This document shows positions 16,484 through 25,647 of a DNA stretch of 64,000 bases, piece by piece; within the stretch, counting starts at the first letter, position 1, and each line of letters opens with the position of its first letter. A program made the translations under genes and the position numbers. The notes beneath the pieces were generated by a model. It did no database searches and was not told the origin of the DNA. It saw nothing but the letters and a program-made list of their open reading frames with translations. The stretch is taken from contig JAUNPN010000001.1 in NCBI GenBank assembly GCA_030536655.1, forward strand, positions 20,559-84,558, read 5' to 3'. The stretch comes from a bacterium. Its GTDB lineage: Bacteria; Bacillota; Clostridia; UBA1381.

Positions 16484-16813
16484 ATGGCGAACAGAAAAAG
16501 AAAAATGGTACTTAGATGTCCTGTAACAGAAGAAGAAAGAAAGCTGATTGAACAGAAAATGGCATTATTACATACCGACCAAATCGGAGCATATTTAAGG
16601 AAAATGGCGATTGACGGTTTAATTATTTATACTGATACATCTAACATCAAGGAGTTTACGCAAGAGTTACAGGCTATCGGACGGAATGTAAATCAGATTG
16701 CAAGGCGTGTAAACGCTTCCGGCTCCGCCTATGATGAAGATATTGCGGAAATTAAAGAGAGGTTAAAAGAGATATGGCATATACAAAGACGCATTCTATC
16801 ACAACTACCCTAA
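16484..16813 (+). CDS. mobC: MobC-family relaxosome accessory protein
   Basis: Start moved to MANRKRKM (GGAGG 7 nt upstream). RNVNQIARRVNASG is the MobC signature. The end overlaps the relaxase start. Confidence 0.8.
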   Translation: MANRKRKMVLRCPVTEEERKLIEQKMALLHTDQIGAYLRKMAIDGLIIYTDTSNIKEFTQELQAIGRNVNQIARRVNASGSAYDEDIAEIKERLKEIWHIQRRILSQLP

Positions 16814-18117
16814 AAAAAGCCATTGACTATATTTTAAATCCCGAAAAAACTGATGATGAATTGTATGTATCTTCGTTTGCCTGTTCGTCCGATACAGCCG
16901 ATATTGAATTTGAATGGACGCGTAACAAAGCAAAAATGGATAAGGGAAACAGTTTAGCGCGGCACTTGATACAATCATTTGCTCCGGGTGAAACCACGCC
17001 CGAACAGGCTCACGAAATCGGATTGAAATTAGCGGAAGAAGTTTTAGGCGGCAAATACGAATTTGTCATAAGTACGCATACCGATAAAAACAGTATTCAT
17101 AATCACATCATTTTCAATTCCGTTAGTTTTGTCGATTATAAAAAATATCATTCAAACAAATATACATATCGTAATATTCAGCGGACAAGCGATAGGATAT
17201 GTAAGGAATACGGATTATCGGTTATTGTTCCGAATACAGATAACAGGAGTAAAAACACCAAGTATGAGAATAAACCGACAAGCTGGAGGGCGAAACTGAA
17301 AACCGAGATTGACAAGATAATTCCGCAAGCGAAAGATTTTGAGGATTTTTTACGGCTTATGGAATTACAGGGCTATGATATAAAACGAGGTCAATATATA
17401 TCTGTTCGCGCCAAAGGTCAGGAACGGTTTATACGCTTAAAGGCTCAAACGCTGGGCGAAAGATACAGCATTGAGGGAATTACAAAACGGATTGAAAAAT
17501 CACGCAGACGCAAGCCGATTATTCGTGATAACCGTATCAGTCTTATTATTGATATTCAGAATTGCATTAAGGCGCAGGAAAGCAAAGGGTATGAGCATTG
17601 GGCTAAAATCAATAATCTAAAACAGGCTTCAAAAACTCTTAACTTCCTGACCGAACATAATATATCAAGCTATGCGGAATTGGAAAGCAGAATTGAGGAA
17701 ATGCGCCGCAACTTTGATGATACAGCCGACAAGCTGAAATCTACCGAAAGCCGCCTGAACAATATAAATATTTTACGAAAGAATATAAGCACATATAGAG
17801 CGCTTCGTCCTATATATGAGGAATACACCAAAGTAAAAGATAAAGCGAGGTTCGAGAAACAGCACCAGAGGGAAATTATTTTATTCAAGGCAGCACATAA
17901 GTATTTATCCGAAACATTGACAGACGGAAAACTGCCGGCTCTTGAAACCGTAAATACTAAGAGAATGGAACTTGAAGAACAAAAGCAAAAATTATATGCC
18001 GATTACAAAACAGCAAAAAAGGAATTATCGGAAATTGATGTTGTAAAAGCGAATGTTGACACTATGCTGAATGTTCCGCAGAAACCCGAACAGACAAGGG
18101 AAAATCAAATAGAATAA
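16774..18117 (+). CDS. Relaxase/mobilization nuclease (MobA/VirD2 family)
   Basis: 447 aa. It starts MAYTKTHSI, as is typical of the family, and has the histidine triad HTDKNSIHNHIIFNSVS. The C-terminus is coiled-coil. Confidence 0.9.
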   Translation: MAYTKTHSITTTLKKAIDYILNPEKTDDELYVSSFACSSDTADIEFEWTRNKAKMDKGNSLARHLIQSFAPGETTPEQAHEIGLKLAEEVLGGKYEFVISTHTDKNSIHNHIIFNSVSFVDYKKYHSNKYTYRNIQRTSDRICKEYGLSVIVPNTDNRSKNTKYENKPTSWRAKLKTEIDKIIPQAKDFEDFLRLMELQGYDIKRGQYISVRAKGQERFIRLKAQTLGERYSIEGITKRIEKSRRRKPIIRDNRISLIIDIQNCIKAQESKGYEHWAKINNLKQASKTLNFLTEHNISSYAELESRIEEMRRNFDDTADKLKSTESRLNNINILRKNISTYRALRPIYEEYTKVKDKARFEKQHQREIILFKAAHKYLSETLTDGKLPALETVNTKRMELEEQKQKLYADYKTAKKELSEIDVVKANVDTMLNVPQKPEQTRENQIE

Positions 18118-18240
18118 CAGTTCGGCATTTTATACAGGTTATAAAAAATATTTTGTGGACTTTTCCGGCTGGGCGCGCGTGTATAGAAGTGATATAATTA
18201 GTATAGAGAAAATATATTTAATTTCAAGGAGGTTTTCACT

Positions 18241-18807
18241 ATGAAAAAGAAAATTATCACTCTAACACTAATTGCCGCATTGTCGGCGTCAGCAACAACG
18301 GCGTTTGCCGCTCCCGTTCCAAGAGAGAGCGCACCGATGGACGCGACAGAGGCACAAATCCAAATCACCGAAAATATTATAGGTGATATTCTTGACGAGG
18401 TGCAGGCTGGAAATCTCGGTTACACATTAGCCGCCGGATATGCGAATACAAAAATCCGTAAGGCTGTAATGGCAAATCAGACAGACGGCAACGGTTACGG
18501 TATCTTATCACCAATCGCGCAGAACGCAATCCGCATTATGCGTGATAGACAGTTAAGACCTGACGCATACGCGCAAGCAGAGGAAGAATTAAAGGTATTG
18601 CTTGCAGATGTAATTACAGCGGTTCAGAACGGTATGGATATGGACGCCGCAACAAAAGAGGCATACGCTAAAATCTATCAATCCGTCAATCCGAATTTCA
18701 ACTACGACGAGCAATTTTCACTTGATACCTGTTACCGCGATATTCCCGCTGTCGGAATGGAAAAGTTTACAGTTGCAAGAAAATTGTTGTTGGAAGCTCA
18801 ACAATAA
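18241..18807 (+). CDS. Secreted alpha-helical protein, function unknown
   Basis: 188 aa. Signal peptide MKKKIITLTLIAALSASATTAFA, own RBS (AAGGAGG) and own terminator. Confidence 0.6.
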   Translation: MKKKIITLTLIAALSASATTAFAAPVPRESAPMDATEAQIQITENIIGDILDEVQAGNLGYTLAAGYANTKIRKAVMANQTDGNGYGILSPIAQNAIRIMRDRQLRPDAYAQAEEELKVLLADVITAVQNGMDMDAATKEAYAKIYQSVNPNFNYDEQFSLDTCYRDIPAVGMEKFTVARKLLLEAQQ

Positions 18808-18827
18808 AGATTATCACTATTACAAGA

Positions 18828-18862
18828 GGAAGCATAGCCCACGCGGTTATGCTTCCGTTTTC
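18828..18862 (+). terminator. Rho-independent terminator
   Basis: GGAAGCATA - 11 nt - TATGCTTCC followed by GTTTTC. Confidence 0.65.
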
Positions 18863-18866
18863 ATAA

Positions 18867-19256
18867 TCAATAATCAAGCGGCTTTATTTCAAGTACGAAT
18901 TTAATAGGTTCAGTATATCTAATACAATAATTCCCGTATTTTTCGTAATGTTCCCAATTACCTAATTTTAAATGCTGCAATTCTTCATTATCGGTTTTGA
19001 TAAATGATATGTTAGACGTCCAGCGTTCCACTGTTGGTAATTCATCAACATATATTTCTTTACCGCCCATTATTGCGCTCGGAAGGTCTATACTTAAAAT
19101 AACAAATCCCGCTAACGCTATACCGCCAATAATTATTAGTGCGGCAAGGTCGCCTTTTTCAATATTTTCATAATATACTTTTTCCTTTACCCATATATAA
19201 ATACCAATCGCTGTTAAGACAGCAAGAGAAATAATTAACAAAATCCAATATGCCAT
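18867..19256 (-). CDS. Two-TM membrane protein, function unknown
   Basis: 129 aa. Two hydrophobic spans (WILLIISLAVLTAIGIYIW and LIIIGGIALAGFVILSI), then a ~65-aa soluble tail. GAGGAGGG RBS. Confidence 0.55.
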   Translation of the reverse strand: MAYWILLIISLAVLTAIGIYIWVKEKVYYENIEKGDLAALIIIGGIALAGFVILSIDLPSAIMGGKEIYVDELPTVERWTSNISFIKTDNEELQHLKLGNWEHYEKYGNYCIRYTEPIKFVLEIKPLDY

Positions 19257-19272
19257 AATAATCCCTCCTCAT

Positions 19273-20349
19273 TTACGGCGCACAATTTCCACAAGGGGAA
19301 TACCCCTCGTTTACCGCGTCGGCTCGGCTTGTGAACTCAATGCGGTTTTTCTCTGCTGGAAGTGTCCGGCAATCAGGCCTATGGAATTTCTTTGAGTTTT
19401 TATTGCCGATATAAATTCCCTCGTCATATTCTGCCGCCGTTTCATTCGTTTGTATATTCTCATTCTTTGCGGTGGTAACAGTTATGTTATCGCCGTCGCT
19501 TTTCATAATTATATCGCCTTGTAAATCTGTTCTGTACACTTGCACGTCCGCGTCCCTTAAACGGCTCAAAACGGCTTCTGTCGGGTGTCCGTATGAATTA
19601 CCCTTACCAACTGAAATAACAGCGTATTCAGGCATTACCTCGCGTAAAAACGGATATGATGTTGATGTGTCCGAGCCGTGATGGCCGACTTTGAGGACGT
19701 CCGATTTTAATAATCCTTTATCTAATAGTGTTTGTTCTTCCTCGCGCTCCGCGTCGCCTGTAAACAAGAAAGATTTATTTTTATGCGTTATTTTAAGAAT
19801 GATTGATGTATTATTGAGATTATCCGCATTATCAGGGCAAGCAAGGATTTCTACCCTTGCGCTTCCGAGCGAAAAGCTCTCATAATTTACAGGGTGTATT
19901 ATTTCAGTATTTTGGTCTACCGCCTTTTGCTTGAAATTCTGATATGCCTTGCTGTCCGACTCCGCAGGCGGAGCGTATATTGCACCAACGGGCATTACGG
20001 AAAGCGGCGCGGATAAACCGCCGACGTGATCCTCGTGCGCGTGGGTGCATACCATACTGTCTATATTATCAATATTCAGCTTTTTAAGGTAAGCGACAAT
20101 CAAGCTGCTGTCTGCAACATTTCCGCCGTCAATAATCATTGTATCATCTTCACATTGTAATATTGCCGCGTCCGCCTGTCCCACATCAACAAAATGTACG
20201 GTCAATTCTGATATGGGTTGTTCGGTAGGTTCGGCGGTTATTACAGGTGTGGGCGCAACAGTGAGCGGCTGCGTTGTAGGCTCTGCCGTACAAGCGGTTA
20301 ATACACATATAATACTTAGCAGTAACGAAACAATTATATTTTTTTTCAT
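19273..20349 (-). CDS. Lipoprotein with a ComEC/Rec2-type metallo-beta-lactamase domain and a C-terminal Ada-like zinc finger
   Basis: 358 aa. Lipobox LLLSIICVLTAC. MBL motifs FVDVGQADAAIL, HAHEDHVGG and GHHGS. The tail FHRPDCRTL...GYSPCGNC resembles an Ada Zn-binding domain. Confidence 0.8.
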   Translation of the reverse strand: MKKNIIVSLLLSIICVLTACTAEPTTQPLTVAPTPVITAEPTEQPISELTVHFVDVGQADAAILQCEDDTMIIDGGNVADSSLIVAYLKKLNIDNIDSMVCTHAHEDHVGGLSAPLSVMPVGAIYAPPAESDSKAYQNFKQKAVDQNTEIIHPVNYESFSLGSARVEILACPDNADNLNNTSIILKITHKNKSFLFTGDAEREEEQTLLDKGLLKSDVLKVGHHGSDTSTSYPFLREVMPEYAVISVGKGNSYGHPTEAVLSRLRDADVQVYRTDLQGDIIMKSDGDNITVTTAKNENIQTNETAAEYDEGIYIGNKNSKKFHRPDCRTLPAEKNRIEFTSRADAVNEGYSPCGNCAP

Positions 20350-20414
20350 ATCAAATTACACTCCTTATATGCTTTTTTATTGTTATTGATGTTCTTATTT
20401 TAGCTATTATACCA

Positions 20415-20488
20415 TATCCATAATGGAAAATAAAGAGAAAATATGATATTGATAATAGGTTTATTTATATTTTCAATTATCCATAATG
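20415..20488. promoter_or_regulatory. Two direct TATCCATAATG repeats (candidate XRE operator) in a divergent intergenic region
   Basis: Identical 11-mers at 20415-20425 and 20478-20488, between the MBL gene (start 20349, minus) and the XRE gene (start 20555, plus). Confidence 0.4.
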
Positions 20489-20554
20489 TTATAATACCGC
20501 CCCGAATATATTATAATATTTACATACAGTTATGTTGCGAGGGAGGCTTAAACT

Positions 20555-20902
20555 ATGGATAATAAAGAAGATAACAATATTGTATTTGTAAAAATCGGTC
20601 AGCGAATACAATATTACAGACAAAAGGCGAATTTAACGCAAGAGAAACTTGCTGAAAAGATAGGTTTATCACCTAATCATTTATCAAGAATAGAAGCAGG
20701 TCGCCATAATCCATATTTTGAAACAATAATGTTAGCCGCCAAAGAATTAGATGTACCTATTGACGCATTTCTGGAGGACATAGAAGATAATCAAATAAAT
20801 ACATTTTTACGGATAATGAAAGATGATATTTCATCACTAAGTAAAAATCAGTTAGAGATGTTAAAACGGTATATTGAGTTAATAAAGGATTTTGACTTTT
20901 AA
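20555..20902 (+). CDS. XRE-family HTH transcriptional regulator
   Basis: 115 aa. IGQRIQYYRQKANLTQEKLAEKIGLSPNHLSRIEAG is a canonical Cro/C1 HTH. Confidence 0.85.
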   Translation: MDNKEDNNIVFVKIGQRIQYYRQKANLTQEKLAEKIGLSPNHLSRIEAGRHNPYFETIMLAAKELDVPIDAFLEDIEDNQINTFLRIMKDDISSLSKNQLEMLKRYIELIKDFDF

Positions 20903-20910
20903 CTAAAATA

Positions 20911-20953
20911 AAAAAGACGGAGTGCAGCCGCAATATACGGTTACACTCCGTCT
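20911..20953. terminator. Hairpin terminator between convergent genes
   Basis: AGACGGAGTG - 19 nt - CACTCCGTCT. A T5 run follows on the minus strand. Confidence 0.55.
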
Positions 20954-21051
20954 TAAAATGTAGAAATTTTTAAGCGGTTTTTTTAGGGTAAGAATAAAAG
21001 TATATTACCCTGTCATTTTCAAAGGAAAAAATGCTTGATTTTATGCGATTT

Positions 21052-21426
21052 TTAAGGCTTAAAATTTCTACTCTCATATCTCTTTTTTCGGATATAATCA
21101 GCCTTTTGTTTATTCCACACGATTTTTCGGCATTTATCACAATATTTTGAATTGCGTCCTGTCGGCGTATATTCATTACCGCAAACTGTACATTTTTTCC
21201 TGTTCTTCGGCTTCATCAGCCGTATGTATAAATCGTTATCATTCGGCAATACCGCTGTTCTGAACCATTTACAATTAAGGGAATAAGAAATACTTTGAGG
21301 GCAGATGCAAGGCTCGCCGTCGTCAAGTAAAATACAATTCCCGTCAAAATAGTTGCAGCATTGATTTTTTATAAGCGCCTTACACCGACGCGCCTGTTCA
21401 GGCGTCATTCGTATAATATCACTCAT
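21052..21426 (-). CDS. Cysteine-rich VLP-family ICE protein
   Basis: 124 aa. NQCCNYFDGNCILLDDGEPCICPQSISYSLNCKWF plus a C-terminal CTVCG...CDKC. Confidence 0.7.
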   Translation of the reverse strand: MSDIIRMTPEQARRCKALIKNQCCNYFDGNCILLDDGEPCICPQSISYSLNCKWFRTAVLPNDNDLYIRLMKPKNRKKCTVCGNEYTPTGRNSKYCDKCRKIVWNKQKADYIRKKRYESRNFKP

Positions 21427-22856
21427 AGCGTTTCCTCACGCGGCTTTTTCTGCGGCTGCTGTTCGGATTTTGGGCGTTCATTGGAAATAGCCCTTAACTG
21501 TTCCTTAATTGACGGCTTTTTATCAGTATTATTGATAATTCCGTTAGCTTGATTAAATTTCTCGTCTGAATATCCCTGTTCATATTCAACAGATGTTACT
21601 CGATATTCAGACGGAATATATATGGTATTACCCTCATATACCTTTTTAAAATCTGTACAACCGGGTTTTAGATATACACCGTTTATTAGCTTTCCGCCCT
21701 CGCTGCGTTCCGTTTCCATAGCATAGGCTTCTAAATCGAAGTATTCGCATAATTCACCCAAAATAATGTCTTTGTCTAAAAGCATATTGCGCCCCAAGTC
21801 GTCATAATCAGAAATTTCGTGCCAAACATCATAATACTCGGTATTATAAGTAAGATTTATTGCGTCTATTACATTTTTACATTTGCCCGCTTCAAGTGCT
21901 ATTTGAAAGACAGCCATTTCTACATCTTCCAATGCCGATATACGCATAGCAAGATAATTTAGCGCGTCAACACTCTCGTATTGACTAAAACACTTTTTCA
22001 AATCATCATTGCCGCAAGCGTAATCATCAAAAAAGTATGTGTCGGGACTTGCATTTTCAGACAAGCCTATTTCCGCAAAGGTTCGTTTGACGGTTTCCGC
22101 GTCAGACGGAAAGTATAGCCAAGCGCCGCTTGTTTCCTTGTTTCCGTTGTCATATTCAAAGCTATTGACGATAAACGCCTTAAATATATAGTCGCTCATA
22201 TTATTCACTCCTTTTTCGGTTATTTGTTTTTTAGACGGTTTAATTTTGTATTCTGGCGGTATATTTTCAACAACACCGTTATATTTGATTTTGAAATCAG
22301 TAGATACTCTTTCCAAATAAACATCACTTAAAAAATAACCGCCATTACGCTCGGCGTAATCTTTTCCGTATGCTGCATAATCAATATAATCCGCCAAATC
22401 ACCAATAACCCCAACGTCAAATCCCTGTTGTTCTGCAATATACGAGCCAACATTTTCCCAACTGTACATATTATAAACAAGATTATAACAATCTATATTA
22501 TGTGCAAGATTTATAATGCTCGCTATATTTGCAGTATGTTCCTTTGTTTCAATAACTGCGTCAAATGTATTGCGTTCTGTTTTATTCATTCCACCTAATA
22601 GGACAGAAAGGTAATTTAATTCATCAATAGCCGCTTTTTTGGGGAATACCGTTTCATTATCACCACTTTTATATATATAATCATCAAAGAAATATGTATC
22701 AGGACTTGCATTTTCGGATAGTCCTATTTTGGCAAGGGTATTTTTGACAGCTTCCGCGTCTGTCGGGAAATACAGCCAAGCACCGCTTGTTTCCTTGTTT
22801 CCATTGTCATATTCGGAACAGTTGACGATAAAGGCTTTAAATATATAATCGCTCAT
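21423..22856 (-). CDS. ardA: Tandem double ArdA-like antirestriction protein (two fused modules)
   Basis: Start moved to MSDYIFKAF (22856). MSDYIFKAFIVN..EYDNGNKETSGAWLYFP.DAE...SPDTYFFDDY occurs twice (modules 22200-22856 and 21423-22199). The fold-level pattern matches the single ArdA at 25648-26433. Confidence 0.75.
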   Translation of the reverse strand: MSDYIFKAFIVNCSEYDNGNKETSGAWLYFPTDAEAVKNTLAKIGLSENASPDTYFFDDYIYKSGDNETVFPKKAAIDELNYLSVLLGGMNKTERNTFDAVIETKEHTANIASIINLAHNIDCYNLVYNMYSWENVGSYIAEQQGFDVGVIGDLADYIDYAAYGKDYAERNGGYFLSDVYLERVSTDFKIKYNGVVENIPPEYKIKPSKKQITEKGVNNMSDYIFKAFIVNSFEYDNGNKETSGAWLYFPSDAETVKRTFAEIGLSENASPDTYFFDDYACGNDDLKKCFSQYESVDALNYLAMRISALEDVEMAVFQIALEAGKCKNVIDAINLTYNTEYYDVWHEISDYDDLGRNMLLDKDIILGELCEYFDLEAYAMETERSEGGKLINGVYLKPGCTDFKKVYEGNTIYIPSEYRVTSVEYEQGYSDEKFNQANGIINNTDKKPSIKEQLRAISNERPKSEQQPQKKPREETL

Positions 22857-22860
22857 ATTA

Positions 22861-23076
22861 TCATCTATCCTCCATATCAATATCAGGTTCAAGCTCCAGC
22901 TTAGAAAATTCATCATTCGTCATACGCTCCAGCTTGTCAATAACCGTTTCCGTAATTTCCTTTAATTCCATATCTTCAATGTATGGAACAGAAAAGCGGA
23001 GCTCTTTTAAAAGCTCCGCCTTATCAGATGTATCATAAATACACATCAAATTTATTTCGTCCTGTGAAAATGTCAT
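22861..23076 (-). CDS. Transposon-transfer assisting (TTRAP) family protein
   Basis: 71 aa. FSQDEINLMCIYDTSDKAELLKELR is the family signature. Confidence 0.7.
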   Translation of the reverse strand: MTFSQDEINLMCIYDTSDKAELLKELRFSVPYIEDMELKEITETVIDKLERMTNDEFSKLELEPDIDMEDR

Positions 23077-23807
23077 AGTGAAATATCCTCCTTTTTTGGT
23101 GTTTTCGATTTTGTCGGTTCTGATTTATCCTTATTTTCCGCAAGCTGCTTTTTGATTGACGGCTTTTCCTCTGAACGCTCTTTTATAATGGCATTGTACA
23201 ATTCCACATCAAACAAAGTTCCTTTTCCCATTCCGTAATCAAAGGCAAGTTCCATAGCGTCAATCACGCCTTTTTTTTCGTCTTGTGTCATTTTAACTAA
23301 CTTTTCCTTAACAGCGCGGGCGGTTAGTCTGTCAATATACTTTGAAATATCGCCGCATTTCAGCTTTTCGAGCCGCTTATGTTCGCACGATAGAGTGAAT
23401 TTCAATTCTTCACTTGCGGAAACATCATCAGGATTTACAGAAACATTTATAACGTGATTAAAATGCTTCGTATAATCCAATTCATAGAGATTACCTATAA
23501 CGCAGTCCGTTTTTAAATCCTTAACTTCAATGGCATAAGCGAGAATTTTATCGTCTGTCTGTTGTCCGTAAAATTTCCAAGCGTTATGTGCAAAGGTATC
23601 TTTTGTGAAAACCTCGCTTTCACGAAAACAGTATGTACCCTTTGGACGCGACATAAACAGTAGTCTTTTTTTGTCGGGATTATTGCTTACAGCGGCTTTA
23701 CTCATTGTTTTTATGTCATATTCAAAATCGTTTTTATAATAATCCGTATTCGTATTCATTATCTGACGCAGAACATAGACTAAATTTACATTCTCAAACT
23801 TCTGCAT
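23073..23807 (-). CDS. Hypothetical ICE protein with a KPSIKKQL tail
   Basis: 244 aa. Tightly packed in the operon. I recognised no family. Confidence 0.55.
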   Translation of the reverse strand: MQKFENVNLVYVLRQIMNTNTDYYKNDFEYDIKTMSKAAVSNNPDKKRLLFMSRPKGTYCFRESEVFTKDTFAHNAWKFYGQQTDDKILAYAIEVKDLKTDCVIGNLYELDYTKHFNHVINVSVNPDDVSASEELKFTLSCEHKRLEKLKCGDISKYIDRLTARAVKEKLVKMTQDEKKGVIDAMELAFDYGMGKGTLFDVELYNAIIKERSEEKPSIKKQLAENKDKSEPTKSKTPKKEDISL

Positions 23808-23810
23808 AGC

Positions 23811-25589
23811 TTAAACCTCCAACGCTGCGCTTTTAACCTTTTCAGATTTTTTCGACTGTTTATCCGCCTGCGCCTTTGCTTCTGCCAACTGCTTTTTGAT
23901 AGACGGCTTTTTCTTAGACGGCTCCTTTTTGGTAGGCGTTTTGTCTTTCTTAACTTTTTCCGCTTTATTTGCCGCGATAATATCCATAATAGCGACAGGT
24001 TCGCCGCTTTTCGCCTTTGCTTCAAGCTCGTCAATGGTAGGCGTATCTTTGGAATTGTCCTCCGGCTCAAATACTTTTGCGCCGTCCGCCGCGTCCGCTT
24101 CGGATAAATCGGTAAAATCATCATTACTGATATTCTGCTCTTTATCCTTGTTAAGCTCTGCAAGCTGTTCATCAATGCCGGATATAATTTCATCAGCCAT
24201 TTTCTGAATTGTTGCAAGCGAGCTTTCCAATTCGGGCGCTTCCTTGCTGCTGCTCCAGCCTGCAACATATCCGAATGTATAGTCGGAAGTATCAAGACCG
24301 TAACGCATACATACTGTAAATGCGACGCTTTCAGCTTCAACCTCTCTTGTATGACTGTCCTTGCGTTCCTCCGGAGGAATATCCTTTAATTCCTCATTTG
24401 AAATATCGTGTAATTTTGCATGCGCGACTTCGTGTATTGCCGTTTTCAGCGTTTGAAGCTCGCTCATATTTTCCTGAATGGCAATCCTTTTTTCCTCGCG
24501 ATGAAAATATCCTTTTGCGCCGCCCTCAATATTTTCAAAGGCTATCGGAACAGGGGATATTTTTTCAAGCGCCTTAAACATATTTTCATAATTCATTACA
24601 TCACCCTGCAACTCATCAACTCCAAGCTGGGGTAACGGTTCGCCGTCCGTCTGCGATACATCAAATACGGTTGTAACCTTATATGAGGGAATAGTAACGT
24701 CAATATTTTGTGTAAGCGGTTTTCCTGCTGCGTCATACATAGGTAAATGTGTGATTTTATCAAGTAATGGGATTTCCTGCTGCGTCTTATACGGCGACGG
24801 GGCAATAATGCTTATACCCGTTTCGCCGCGCTTCACCTGACGTTTAAAATTCTTCTGCCACGCACCGTAACCGGCTACCATAGCCGCGTCGGGCTTCTGC
24901 ATTAGAATTAAAAGAGTATTGCGGAAACTGTACTTATGGAATTTTGACATCACCGACAAATATTCCTTGTACTTATCGCTTGTGAACACATCTTTTATGC
25001 CCTCTTTCAAAATATCCGTTATTTCCTTTAACTTGTCTTTATGGTTTTTGCCTGTAAGTTTTATCGACTTTGCGCTGCTTTTCGGCGGCTCGGCGGTCTG
25101 TACCGCTGTTTGACGCATGCCGATAGCGTCAGCGTCAATATTTTTATCTGCCATTATATCAACCTCCTTGTTTTTCGTTATAATATCGGACAGCGGTTGT
25201 TCCCACCGCCGTCCGAAACCTCTTACAATCGTATTGTCATTTGCATTATTCGCCCTGAACATTTCAAGAGTATCAAAGCCCTTGTTAAAAAGCGACGGTG
25301 CGCTTGCTGGTACAATAGGCGCAAAATGAATTATTCCGTCCTTGTAGTCTTTGCCTGTTCCAACCCAGCCGCGTACAAACCGGTCAAAATCTTCTCTGAC
25401 GCCAATTTTGTGATGTTCTTCCGCGTGGCTGTAAAATATAGCGTTGCTTGAATACTGAACACCTAAAAGCAGCGTTCCCGTTTGTGGACTATACATAAAA
25501 CGGCGGTTTTTAATATCCTGCATATCGAAATATTCCGTGTTCGTGTCTATGTTCATAAGCCCCCGCACAATCTCAATTTTTCGCTTCAA
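23811..25589 (-). CDS. ArdC-like ssDNA-binding / zincin metallopeptidase antirestriction protein
   Basis: YSFRNTLLILMQKPDAAMVAGYGAWQKNFKRQVKRGETGISIIAP is the ArdC N-domain. HEVAHAKLH is an HExxH motif. The true start may be MNIDTN at 25556. Confidence 0.75.
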   Translation of the reverse strand: MKRKIEIVRGLMNIDTNTEYFDMQDIKNRRFMYSPQTGTLLLGVQYSSNAIFYSHAEEHHKIGVREDFDRFVRGWVGTGKDYKDGIIHFAPIVPASAPSLFNKGFDTLEMFRANNANDNTIVRGFGRRWEQPLSDIITKNKEVDIMADKNIDADAIGMRQTAVQTAEPPKSSAKSIKLTGKNHKDKLKEITDILKEGIKDVFTSDKYKEYLSVMSKFHKYSFRNTLLILMQKPDAAMVAGYGAWQKNFKRQVKRGETGISIIAPSPYKTQQEIPLLDKITHLPMYDAAGKPLTQNIDVTIPSYKVTTVFDVSQTDGEPLPQLGVDELQGDVMNYENMFKALEKISPVPIAFENIEGGAKGYFHREEKRIAIQENMSELQTLKTAIHEVAHAKLHDISNEELKDIPPEERKDSHTREVEAESVAFTVCMRYGLDTSDYTFGYVAGWSSSKEAPELESSLATIQKMADEIISGIDEQLAELNKDKEQNISNDDFTDLSEADAADGAKVFEPEDNSKDTPTIDELEAKAKSGEPVAIMDIIAANKAEKVKKDKTPTKKEPSKKKPSIKKQLAEAKAQADKQSKKSEKVKSAALEV

Positions 25590-25647
25590 TTCCTATCCAC
25601 TCCGTCAAATTCCAGATTAAACTGCGCATATCTGTTGTATAGGCATA

